From positions 14,613 to 78,612 of the forward strand of contig NMRA01000440.1 of NCBI GenBank assembly GCA_002633005.1: 64,000 nucleotides of DNA, written 5' to 3'. Below, one piece after another: positions 1 to 13,142 of the stretch. The DNA comes from Phoronis australis. Lineage: Eukaryota; Animalia; Phoronida. The notes beneath the pieces are model-generated. The model was not told where the DNA came from. It saw only the letters and a program-made list of their open reading frames with translations, and made no database searches. A program made the translations under genes and the position numbers. Numbering within the stretch: position 1 is the stretch's first letter; the number at the start of each line of letters is the position of its first letter.

Positions 1-481
1 ATTATGATAGTGGAGATGGCTCACCCCGGGATTTATAACTTTAGAGTCCCAGGGTTGCGTTGCTTAAACGCAAAAACCTTGTGAAAAGCAGTCATAAAGT
101 CACATGTTGAGTGAAATTGATTGTTTCGCAACTATGCTCAGGAGCTTACCTGCGTACCCTAAATTAGAGGAAGACTAGTGGCGCCAATCAAGTAATTGGT
201 GAGAGGTTGGAATGTTGAATTATGGGATATAACTCACTGCTTACGTTCGATAAGTGCTGCGAGGTGAGTGTCTTAGGTCTACGGAAAGCATTCCAGGACT
301 TGCTTCATAACAACAAAGGGATTTCGCCTCCACTCGTCAATTTTTTTAATCGTAAAATGCAATCAGTCAGCTTTTATGAAGCGGGCACCTATGCCGTACT
401 GTGATCTCCGTCATTTTCGTATTAGTTGATGAAAAGGTTTCCAAAAAGTGTGCTTGTATTTGTCTCTCCATCTCTTCAAAG

Positions 482-1929
<1,448 letters not shown>

Positions 1930-1982
1930 ACATTGACGATAAAAACACGTTTCATTTTGTCTGATTTGATGGGCACATTGGC

Positions 1983-2209
1983 ATGCGCGCACCCGGGGGG
2001 GCTCGAAGGAGCCCCCCATTTGGCGAAGTGAGCAAAAAGGTCCGCCTCTGAAAGACAAAAAGTCCGAGAAAATGAGGCACAAGTCCATTAAACATGCGCA
2101 AACGCGTAATTCACGTAATTTTTTTTTAGTCCGCTTACTTTTTTGTTACCAAGAGGTCCACAAAGTCAGGAATTCGAGTCCCCCATATTGAATGCTGGGT
2201 GCGCGCATG
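1983..2209. mobile_element. MITE family A, copy 1 (~225 bp)
   Basis: Terminal inverted repeats CATGCGCGCACCC...GGGTGCGCGCATG. The interior resembles the copies at 11341 and 50675 (CCCCCATTTGGCGAA, AAGTCCA, GGTCCA..AATTCGAG-CCCCC). No TSD recognisable here. Confidence 0.8.
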
Positions 2210-3789
2210 GTCCTAACTGTTAGTAGTCTTTGACAAATTCTTCAATTATCGGATGACCTGGCTATCTTTTTTCAGTGGTGGAAAACGCCAATGGGTTGTC
2301 CACTATATAAATTCCTCGTTTACATAACCTGCCAGAGGCGATAAGACACTGATTCGTCGTAGGAATATCATTAATAATCCCTAATAAGTTTTAGCACAAA
2401 TAACGATTACTGAAAGGGAATAGAGTGTTAGAGATAATTAGAGCTGAGTCACTTACATGGTTTATTGACGACATCGCCGGGGTAGTTACAGTTTGAGTTA
2501 ATAGGATGCTAAACATTGTTTTTGCGATTTCACCTAATTCTGACTCTGTCGGCTGATGTTATACAATTAATGCTTCTCGTGAGTTATCAAATCACCATTT
2601 AGGTAAAACCGTCCTGTCTTGGACAACTCCGCTACCGTCTGTTAACAGTTGATCGCAGGAAAGAGTTGTGACAGCGACATTATTTGAAATGATATTCTAT
2701 GGCTGCACTCCACTAAGATTACACTTCATTTAGTGTCAGAAACTGGAGATTACAAATCCTCCTATTACCGAAGTTTAATTTTTAGATGACCTGTGTCAAG
2801 AACTTGGGGGTCTTCGGAAAATGCTCCAAAAACGGGGTTATTAGGCCCTGAAGATAAATTAATCAGGCCCGTAGCCACCATTGGGCGGGGGGTGGTTCGA
2901 ATTTTTAGAATGGACCTTTCGCAAGCGTCAACACTCGAGCTCTTGGTAAGGCGCTTGACGCAGGTTAATTATGGGGAAGGGAATCTGTATCCACGGCAAC
3001 GATGGCTCTCAGCTCTATGTTCCTGAGATAAGACGGTATTTGTAATACCAGAAATGAGGATGTCGTGACGGTTGCTCGCAAACAACAGTAATCAAATTCG
3101 GACGTAATGTGATCCATAAATGTAGACTAACGTTCTCGCCATAGCGTGAACAATGCGCTAACAATCACCGCCCTTCCTTCCGAGCGGCTTTTTTCACCAG
3201 GATCAAAAAGAGTGCGGCGCCCGTGTCGATATGGTTGTTTTGACCGCAAGACCCAATTAAGTCTAATTACCCGACCATAAACTGTCGTAAGCATCACTGC
3301 CTGTACATAATGGAGAATTTTCAAACTGCATTTATAAATAATTTTTGTTAAAAACGAATACCACGGCGGTATTCAGCTGGAAAAACAACCAAGTAAGGTT
3401 TTGGATTTTCAAAGATCGAACTTAAAAGCTTAAAACTACAAACATTGGGTACGATTGAAGATAAACGACCAAGCGCATCGATACAATCGGGGCATTTACA
3501 AACGCTGATCAGATTTAACAATATATCACGTGGATTATTCTTTTAATATTCTTTCAGTCTCGTTTCACTAGATTTTTGACAGTTCAATTTAACTTGTGCC
3601 CACTCTATATTTTTATGGCTGACAAAAACCTAGAATAGTTATGTAGTTTTTTAATTGAATATAATAGGTACGGTACAAGTCACACAATTACAGTCAAGGA
3701 ACAGTTAACGTGTTAACTTACAGGTCTGATATGTTCAAAGGTAATTTGACATTGGAAAAGAAAAAAACACAGTAGAGGCTATGATTCAT

Positions 3790-3851
3790 TCAGAATAAGC
3801 AAACAAGGTCAAGACCTTGCCAGCGCTCTATAAATTCACCATACTTCATTT

Positions 3852-3889
<38 letters not shown>

Positions 3890-4270
3890 TCTGTCTGTGT
3901 GTGTNTAAACATTATAAGGCAGGGATATTTGCACTTTAATCTTTGTTTATAAATGTGGTACATTCCGAGGCAAAGAACCATACTTTGTAAAACTGCTTCC
4001 ACCTGAACACCAAACAGAACTGATTGTATACACAGTTCTAAATTATGTCCTACAGCATCATAGAGCCAGTTATTTACATTAGTCCAAAACTGCTGAGTAA
4101 CGTTACAAGACCAGTACACATGGACAATAGATTCAATTTCATTTAAGCAAAAAGTGCACAATGAGCTCTCAATTACGCCAATCTTGTATAAAAATTCATT
4201 ACAGGATATAATTCTATGAACTAGCCTAAACTGGAACTATCTCGGAGAAACATCTTCGGTGAATGAATAG
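3790..4270 (-). mobile_element. L1/Tx1-clade LINE ORF2 3' fragment (zinc-binding region downstream of RT), interrupted by a (TG)n microsatellite at ~3856-3904
   Basis: Minus-strand translation FRLVHRIISCNEFLYKIGVIESSLCTFCLNEIESIVHVYWSCNVTQQFW shows the CxxC...H...C...FW zf-RVT-like signature of non-LTR retrotransposons. Confidence 0.75.
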
Positions 4271-6462
4271 ATGTAAGAGAAAACATTGTACCACCATAGT
4301 TATGTAGTTAGTGCAACCGAAAACGTCCAGAGATTCCAAATCTTCAGCTTGGCTATCACCATTTGCAATTTTGTATATATTTTATGATTTGAGTTCTAAT
4401 GAAGATTAAACTTGAACTAATGACGCGTGTGGTTTTGTTCGCTGTGAAATGTTTAATATAGCTGTAATCTGGAAAGTTAAGGGATGGGTTCACAATTAGC
4501 TAAACTAATTAAGTTTCGCTAGCGATCAAATCTACTAGTGTTTTTGATACTTCAACTTTAAAAATAAAATAAAAAGATATCAACCCGTTCCTGGTAAGAA
4601 AAAAAAACAACGAGTATTAAAATGAAATAACAAAAACCGGTATGAAACATATTTAAAACCATCGTTCCTGTGGGAAGTTGCCTATGGTCAAGATAAACAC
4701 AAATTAACTTTTTTAGTCATTTTGTAATATTAAAAATGTACCAAGTTAAAACTGCTCTCTGTAGAGTGCAGGCTGTAACCTTATGCAAATGCCATAGAAA
4801 ACCAATTTGGGTATACTAACAACCATCATCTTTGAGACAGTGGTGCTAGCTATTAACTTTCGACTTCATTAGCTCAGATCTACGTCAATACAAAGGGCGA
4901 GCTGAATAGGCATCATGAAAATTGTCTGGGGCTAAGGGAATTTGAGCGGTAACCAGTTTAAGCGAGAAGTTGTCCACGTGGCGTGAGGCCTACCTACTGC
5001 CAAACTTTCAAATCAGGCTTTTTAACTGAGTGATTACACCTCATCACATACTCCGATGGAAATATTTAGTCAGAGAATGGCTTGACGTAATTTTTCATCT
5101 GATTGTATTTTTGTTAAAAGTTGCTTACATCGCTGAAAATGGGATTAACACACCACTATTCCGGAAACGCACAGACGTGTACGCGCATGCATGTCAATCT
5201 ACCAATCCACAATCGAATTGGACACTGGATGAAAAACAAACCTGTGTTTGACGAGCACTTCGATTCCAAATTTGAAAACGCCTGCCCTTTACCGTACTAT
5301 GTTAGCAAGCAATATCAGATAACAAACCTATTTTCTGCTGTTTTGTTACTTGGTCGATTTTAAGGCATTCACACCGCACTGTGACTTTTTGGGAGCTCTC
5401 TCGCTACTGTATTAGCTTAGCTAGGTTTAGACATTAACTTCTAGGCTCCCTTATTACTGTACGGTGTAACTGTGATGTATGAATGATTTAGTTTACGTCA
5501 TGTACTATTTTTAGAGAACACGTGTTATGTTTAACCACCACATATGTTTAATGCAGATGAGTATAAAGCCTCCTCCAATCGTCTGCACGATCCTGTCATC
5601 TACGCAAATACCACTTGGGCGAAATTGGCCGGGTACGGCCCGATGATTACTTGAAGCGCTTTAAATAAGTAGCAAATTCAAAATTATTGCTAACTTAGTT
5701 TTGCATTGTAGTTAGTAGTACCAGTACCTGCTACAATTTTGTTGTTGTCCATCTGTATCCTATCTTTAACGTACAGGCTGGGGCTGGACCTTTTCAGCGG
5801 AAAAGAGAAAAGAAACTCAGTCGTGGACTGAAAGAAACATCTCTTTGATTTATCCAAAGCGTAAGTAACGCTTTCCGATTGAGTACACTTTGTAGGGAGT
5901 TTTCAAATTTGTTTTCGAGCTGTTGCGGACCACGATGGATATAAGTTTTTTACTTTTTCGGTTCATCCGTACATAAATTGTTCTTTTTAATTTATTTTCT
6001 ACTTCTACCATTGCCTTATTTGTCTGAATGAATGTCTTTCTTAGTGTGGTGTATTATTTTATAAACCGTTGTTATTACTAAATAAATCAACCTAGGAATC
6101 AATATTGTTTCCCAAAATCAACTAATCAATTTTGTGGGACAACGCAGACTGCAGAGCCTTATTTTATCATAATTACTTAAATGGTCTAGTGGTAGTTATC
6201 ACTGTTGTTGGCTTAGTATCCTTTTAATACAATCATATACTTGCTTTTGATGAGGTAGTCTGCATCAAATTCCTGAAAATTACAAAGTGCACGCACACTA
6301 TATCGTCCTAAAACTTCCTACAGTTGTTATCATGAAAACAAAATTTACATAAGGCTCACATATCTAACATAAACTCGTGACAATATAAAATGGCAGATTT
6401 TCGTCATTTACGTAGCACTCACATACATAAACTCGTAACATTACAAAACGGCTGATTTTCGT

Positions 6463-9400
6463 CTAAAAGAACGAAAACTTGCGGTCCGATCTTGAAGACC
6501 AGACCGGGGAGGCCTTTTTCATAGGAGTGCTCAGGTACTTGTATACTGAGGAATAGTCCATAGAACCGAAGCCGTGGAGTTCCATCATCTGGTATATTTG
6601 TGCTGCTAGTGCCCCCATTGGCGTGAGAGATTTTGTCATTCGTCCGACTTCCTGTGCCAGTTGTAAATCCTGAAAATGTTGAATTCATAGTAATCATGCC
6701 AGCGATGTGTTCATTAATTAATAATGACGTGCCTTCAACGAAAAGCGATCTCGTGCTAATACTTAAATGTGTGACGTCATAGTGGAAAAAGCTGTATCAC
6801 CGGGACAATTTTCAAAACAAATAGTTTTAAAGTCACGTTAAACACTGAGTTTGCACCAAAGCGGTTGATGGATAGTGTCAGTTATCCCTTGACAATGTAT
6901 TACGTTTATTTCGTAATACATTGTGTTTCATCTTCTCACCATAGTGACTTATGGCGGCCTTTTTCACGCTCATTTGATACATTTCGTCATTTTTGTACGA
7001 CGCTTTAATGTACTACATGTAGTTATGTTCACGATGACGTCACACGGAAATGGACGAACTTGAATCAGCTTGCTTTTTTTCGGAAACACAACTCTCAAAT
7101 CGTATATACCACTCGAAATATGGAAATAACTCCAAAATCACTCAGGGTGCAGTACGGAGTGGGACTGTTCGGTACGTCATTTCCGTTACCTGTGCCATAT
7201 TTTCGGAAGAAAATCCTCCTTCGTAGTTATTACTTGCCGGTGTATCAGCTACAAGCCCAGGAACGGGGTTGTAATATTTGCTGGCCCAGCACTGAGCCGG
7301 TCCTGTGTTGATGACTTTATTAAGCAGTTCGGCTTCTACTCCAAGACTACAACACACCACATGGACTGAGGTAGAGGGGAGACTTATAATGTCAACTGCT
7401 CCATTTAAACAAACTATAAACCCGCGCTTTTGATGAAGAACAATTGCCGCTGTCAGTTTGTTTCTTACGCACGTGGGAAGGGATTTTTTAAGTATGCATT
7501 GATCTGGCAATTCGTTATCCCATGAGACCAAGCTCGGCACATGAAGTGACACCGTGATATTAGTCAACTTGTAGAGTTTTAAGCAGTAAATAATTGTTCT
7601 TTCGAAGGCCTGAAGTTACCTCCAACTTGACTTAAGAATGATTTAAGACTCCAATTACATAACGGTTTAAATCAAAAGTTTTTTGTTATGAAATGATTCG
7701 TGTTCATAAACACTTTAATTTTAAAATATGATAGTCTCCGTTGATAAAAGCAACGATGGATTTAAATCGGCTTGATATGTTTTGGCATCCTCAGAAGCAA
7801 AAACAGTGGCCACCTTGTTAGGCCCAACAACAAGTAATGATACACAGACAGTCAGTTACAGGGGAGTAACAATAGACTAGACTAACAATGACAACCTGTG
7901 GTGTGTCAGTTGCCTAGTTGAGACTGTGCTTACACCAATTAATATGCAGAGCCTCGCGAATTTTCAGCTCCCTTGTTGTTTCTTCTTGATCTATTATAGC
8001 AGAGTCATTGAAAGAGCAGTGCTCATAACAATGATTGCAGCTCTGTACATGCATATTAATATGTGAACCTCTGTCACAATTTAAACGTTCCCAGGGCTGG
8101 GTTTTTATATGGCGAATTATATATAGTTTCGCCAATAAACGCCGAAATATGTCAAGCCTATTTAAGTCATCGTTGTTCTTGTCAACATATGCTGCTTCTC
8201 GCTATCGTGGAGATCAAATGGTAGGCTGCGTTGTCAATGGTTACCTATAGAAATCAGATTTTGGATTCGATTGAATTATTGAATTCAAACATCTTTATCC
8301 ACTCAAACAATTCTAATCTCGTGGCTTAAGAAATTTGGAAACATATTCCAAAGTAACCGACCGCTTTAGTTAATCTAGTTTTTGCCCACAAATCAGTTTA
8401 TTTATTTACTTACCTTTCACCTAAGTTCATGACCTCTGACAGACCAATCATGTTTATTCCTACCAACATGTTGTTGCATATTTTGCATACCTGTCAAATG
8501 TAATACAAAACAATACAACAGGTGTACATTACTTACCTGAATATTTGTTAAAGGCCTGTCTTAATTTTGACTTACAAATTGTAAATTCCATAGAAATATA
8601 AACCATATATCCACTATCGGATATTCCTTGTTCGAGATATTGTCAATTACATCATTTTTTGCCATAACAGAATCAAAAAACGGACAATCGCCGCACAAAT
8701 AAAAAAGTTCATATTAATTCGTCAAATTAATATAAACTTTTTTATTTTTGCGGCGATTATTCTTTCTTCGAGCGATTTTGTGAAATAAATCAGCCTGGCC
8801 TTCATCACATCTACATNATTCCAAAGCAACCGACCGCTTTAGTTAATCTAGTTTTTGCCCACAAATCAGTTTATTTATTTACTTACCTTTCACCTAAGTT
8901 CATGACCTCTGACAGACCAATCATGTTTATTCCTACCAACATGTTGTTGCATATTTTGCATACCTGTCAAATGTAATACAGAACAATACAACAGGTGTAC
9001 ATTACTTACCTGAATATTTGTTAAGGGCCTGTCTTAATTTTGACTTACAAATTGTAAATTCCATAGAAATATAAACCATATATCCACTATCGGATATTCC
9101 TTGTTCGAGACATTGTCGATTACATCAATTTTTTGCCATAATAGAATCAAAAAACGGACAATCGCCGCACAAATAAAAAAGTTCATATTAATTCGTCAAA
9201 TTAATATGAACTTTTTTATTTTTGCGGCGATTATTCTTTCTTCGAGCGATTTTGTGAAATAAATAAGCCTGGCCTTCATCACATCTACGGAAGCAACATG
9301 CCGATATTATTGGTCGGAAGCGATTTGACATTGAAGGTGCGTGAAACCGAATTTCCCCGATATTTCTCGAGACGTCGCGAACTTGCCACTCTCTTTGAAC

Positions 9401-12400
9401 AATGTGGTTACTAGGAGCCTATCCCTTTGCCATCGTAGAAAACCCTACGTTGCAAGTTCATTGCCTGTGGTTCTCTTTTATCCGACTTATCCTCACCTGT
9501 TGGGATCTCAACCACCCCCTAACCCTATACGTTACACCCTGACTAGAACCACGAGCACTTACCTGCCCCATTCCAATCTGACCACAGTGGATGAGTTGGT
9601 GACCAAGGCAAGACAGCAATTCGACTGCGTCGAAATAATCGGACTTCAAGCCACCGACTAAAAACTTTAAACTTTTATTTTGGGCGTCAAATACGGCTGA
9701 AAAAGTAAAGTTCTGCCGATGAAGCAAATACCTGTGGATTTTTTAATTCGTTGTAACAAGGATACTCCCATAACATTGCTTCCATTCCATGTACTACGAG
9801 CAATGTCACTAATCGCACGTGGGGCGAGATTCTAACATTCAATTTCAGAAGTAACGGTTTCGTAAATATCTGGGTCTCAAGGAGTAAAACTAATGCTGTA
9901 GATGGTAATGTCTTCATATCGTGTATCCGCGTCCTGTTTAGGCTACGCTAGCTATCGTTACTAAGGTGGTCCATGTGAACTAATTCACCATTCGCAGTAC
10001 AAAACGTAGCCTACTGTAGAGCAAATACCGGCAAATATAAAATCAACTTACATCCTACCGCAGGTGCATCGACAAAACTGGCACCCTTCTTGGACGTGAG
10101 GTATCCAATGTGTTGAGTTGCCGACGGGTCGGTAGTACTGCAGTCAATTAGTAGCGAGTCGACACGAACAGTACTGAAAAGTTGCACAGCCTAACTAAAA
10201 TGTAAATATGGGAGGCACAGAGCGAACGCCCCATGACATTGAGGGTGGGGTTTCACTACTAAGGCCGCATGACACAAATCCCGAACCTGAAATGGCTAAT
10301 AATTTACGCCTTGTGTTGTCGCTCATTTCACTTTTGAGAGTAAAAAAATTCCCTGAATACGACTTCGGTGACAATGTATAGCTGCTCGTTTACTGTGGAA
10401 CTTATGTAGGAATTCATATACGTGGACATCATCGCTCCAGAACGTTGGGTTCGCTTAAGTAACTGGAATCTCGCGTAGATAAAATCATTAAAAACACGAC
10501 TTTGAAGATTTTGTGAAAACGGACACTATGAATGCCTTTCAACATATCCCTCTAGTTGTGTTTATTACCGTTTCTCGTTGGTCATCTCTGAATGGCACTT
10601 TTATTTTATCAACTACATACTCAGCGACTGGAGCTCTCTGAACTTGAAGGTGAAGGCGAAGCATTTCCAAATCGCGTTTAAGTGAATTAGAGTGTTTACC
10701 TAAGCAACCCACTGCCGCCTTCAAACACACTCTGTACTTCTTGTGTCGAAGGCAGCATGGTTATGATACGACGACATCTTTGGGCTACCTCTGCTGCTGA
10801 GGACGCCGTGAGAGGTGACCCTCCTGAAACACAATGCGACGAAAGTTTACCATTCTCAAGTTTATTATAAATTCTCATTTTTGTAGATCACTTTAGTACC
10901 TAACTACATTCATTTAACAAAGGAAACTAAGTCATGGAGCGTTTGTTGCAAGCCGTATATGCGTGCATTTAGAAGCAACACGCAACAAAACTCTCGAGTA
11001 CAACCACATGCACACATTCTGTGCTGTTACAAGACGATATATAGATTTCGACGCGTAATCAATTCATAATCAAATTTCGCCGCTGCTTGCCAGACATGCG
11101 TTAAGTGCGACTTGGCTCGGCCACAAGAGCCTGCTGAGCTAGACCGGTGCGGTTTCAGGTCGACTGCGAGCTGGTAGGCCTTCGATTTCAAAAGCAAGTC
11201 TTTGCGCTGACAGTGTCACGTTTAATGCAGTTATAGAAACTAGCACAACATGGTGTGTGTGGAGAGATATAAATATCGCCTCAAATATGAAACCGAGCAA
11301 CATCTGTTCCATAAAAAGACGAATCGCGGCTCCCCGGATTCATGCGCGCACCCAAGGGGACTCGAAAGACCCTCCCCCCATTTGGCGAAACAAAAATTTC
11401 TAGAAAACGAGATATAAGTCCACTACAAAGGCGCAAAACGCACAATTCATAGCACGTGCAGCTCCGTGGTAATGTTTTTTTAGTCGACCGACTATTTTGG
11501 TATGTAAAGGTCCAAATCGCCAGAAATTCGAGCCCCCCCCCATATTGAAGGCTGTGTGTGCGCATGGGATTGATGGTCTACTGCGAGTTTCATTTTGGTG
11601 CTTTTTAGAGGATTAATATACCGCAATGTACTTTATTGCGTTTGGTTCCTGTCCAGATAGTTGGACGATGTCTCAACACTGATGAGTCAAAAGCAGACTT
11701 GAAACAGGGGTGCTTTCCGTTATTTGTTTTTCTTTTTTTATTTTGCCACCCTCCATAAAAGTGTCCAAATCTTACGTAATAGTGAATTTGAATTATACTC
11801 CATGCAAACGGTGGCGTAGAGTAAACTGGCTTGGCATTGATTACAGTGCATGCCGCTTACCTGCACCCCGCACGACAGTCTCCATTGCTGCGGGCATGAT
11901 GTCGTAAATCACCAGAGGATAGCCCTTCTTAGATAGATTGATAGCCATGGGAGCTCCCATCTTTCCAAGCCCAATAAACCCCACTGGTTGGTAGGACACC
12001 TGGTGTTTTGTCATAAAGGATTATTTAGATTTGACACAAATTGCTGCTAATGAGCATTCTGTCATAAAGAAGCTTTCTTTTTAGTCCATGTGCCGTTCTA
12101 AAATGTGTCTTAATTCCCTCAGTTTTTCAAATAAGAAATTATTTTAGTTTTCGGAAGAATCAAGACATCGCGTTATATTTCGAGACTAGACTCGATAATT
12201 TTGCTTGACCCAGAAGGACGTGTAGTGTCTCGAACCTACGAATGAATTCTGATACCGTAGTAAAAACATTTTGAGACCAGTTTTATAACGCTAATTATTT
12301 AAATCAAAACTTAATACTTCTGGTCGAAGGTGGAAAAAAAGCAATTTAAAAGTTCTGATAAATAAAGTACTGTTTTAAAACGGCATTGAACCTGTTAAAA

Positions 12401-13043
12401 TTAAGTTTCGAAGCTACTCGATTGAAAATTTTTCGGTGTAATGATAGTTGATATTTCTGTGCTTGGCCAGACAATACGTTATTACTCTCAGCCGATCATT
12501 TAAAAAAATTTCAGGTACCACTGTTTTATGACGACCAGTCGAGCGATCTGGGTAACGAAGACAAAGTCAATTTTACCCAGCCAGAACGGCACGTGACTTT
12601 TAGTACTGTCAAAACTTGTTTTTTTCAGCCTGGAAAACTCGGGCTCGTTCAACCAAATTATTAACGACTTCTCCTCCAGCTCAGTGATGCCGTGTCAGTG
12701 CACTTAAAAGTTCTTTCTTGACGATTTGCTTCAACAACAGATTCTCAAAAAGTTTTCGAGTGTGTTTCATATCTCCCGCCGCATACAATTTACGAGTGCC
12801 TAATCTAGACACTTATTCGTGGCCTGAAACAAATAATAATCTAGGGTTCAGCGGGTTGGGTATACCGCTTGAGAAACTAGTCTTCATCCTCCTGCAGTCA
12901 AAATGCCATGCTAAGCCTGTTCTGCGCTCTGATAAGTTTTAATTTGTCATGTTTCCGTGTGCTAATGAACTTAAAGCCGCACGGTCAGTAACAAGCAAGC
13001 AAAATTTTCAGTAACGTAAAAAAAGCTAGAATACACTTACCAT
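6463..13043 (-). CDS. HIBADH: 3-hydroxyisobutyrate dehydrogenase-like (beta-hydroxyacid dehydrogenase). Exons: [13041-13043 ATG-only, or ATG at 12014], 11861-11999, 10700-10823, 10052-10173, 9563-9696, 8887-8963 (duplicate at 8414-8490), 7190-7346, 6463-6669; ~320-324 aa
   Basis: All exons have AG/GT boundaries and compatible phases. Translation shows VGFIGLGKMGAPMAINLSKKGYPLVIYD (Rossmann fold), IITMLP, LLIDCSTTDP, FLVGG, GMGQVCKICNNMLVGINMIGLSEVMNLG (catalytic Lys), CWASKYYNPVPG..PASNNYEGGF and DLQLA, in the order seen in HIBADH. The start codon choice is uncertain and this is probably a divergent paralog. Confidence 0.9.
6770..7045. repeat. Palindromic (foldback) non-autonomous element in the last HIBADH-like intron
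   Basis: Inverted arms GTGTGACGTCAT.GTG / CAC.ATGACGTCACAC, with a central perfect 13-bp stem ACAATGTATTACG...CGTAATACATTGT (~6892-6924). Confidence 0.55.
7900..8040 (-). mobile_element. Penelope-like GIY-YIG endonuclease 3' remnant
   Basis: Minus-strand peptide HCSFNDSAIIDQEETTRELKIREALHINWCKHSLN resembles the end of PLE GIY-YIG domains (IID.E.....KIREALHI....LN). Confidence 0.55.
8345..9287. repeat. ~473-bp near-identical tandem duplication either side of a single N (8817), duplicating the 77-nt HIBADH-like exon; probable assembly artefact
   Basis: 8345-8816 and 8818-9287 differ by only a few SNPs/indels and abut an N. Confidence 0.8.
11341..11566. mobile_element. MITE family A, copy 2, with 5-bp TSD GGATT
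   Basis: CATGCGCGCACCC...GTGTGTGCGCATG termini, flanked directly by GGATT on both sides. Confidence 0.85.
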
Positions 13044-13128
13044 ATTCAAGAAACGTTAATTTCAAAATGTTAAACCTACTACTCAAAAGTCAATATTGTG
13101 AGATGCCTGGCAGGCAGGTGGCTTCCTT

Positions 13129-13142
13129 GTTGCCATGGTGAC
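13129..13142. promoter_or_regulatory. RFX X-box near the 5' end of the HIBADH-like gene
   Basis: GTTGCCATGGTGAC is a near-perfect match to the palindromic X-box GTTGCCATGGCAAC. It lies ~90 bp upstream of the ATG|GTAAGT exon end at 13041. Confidence 0.55.
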
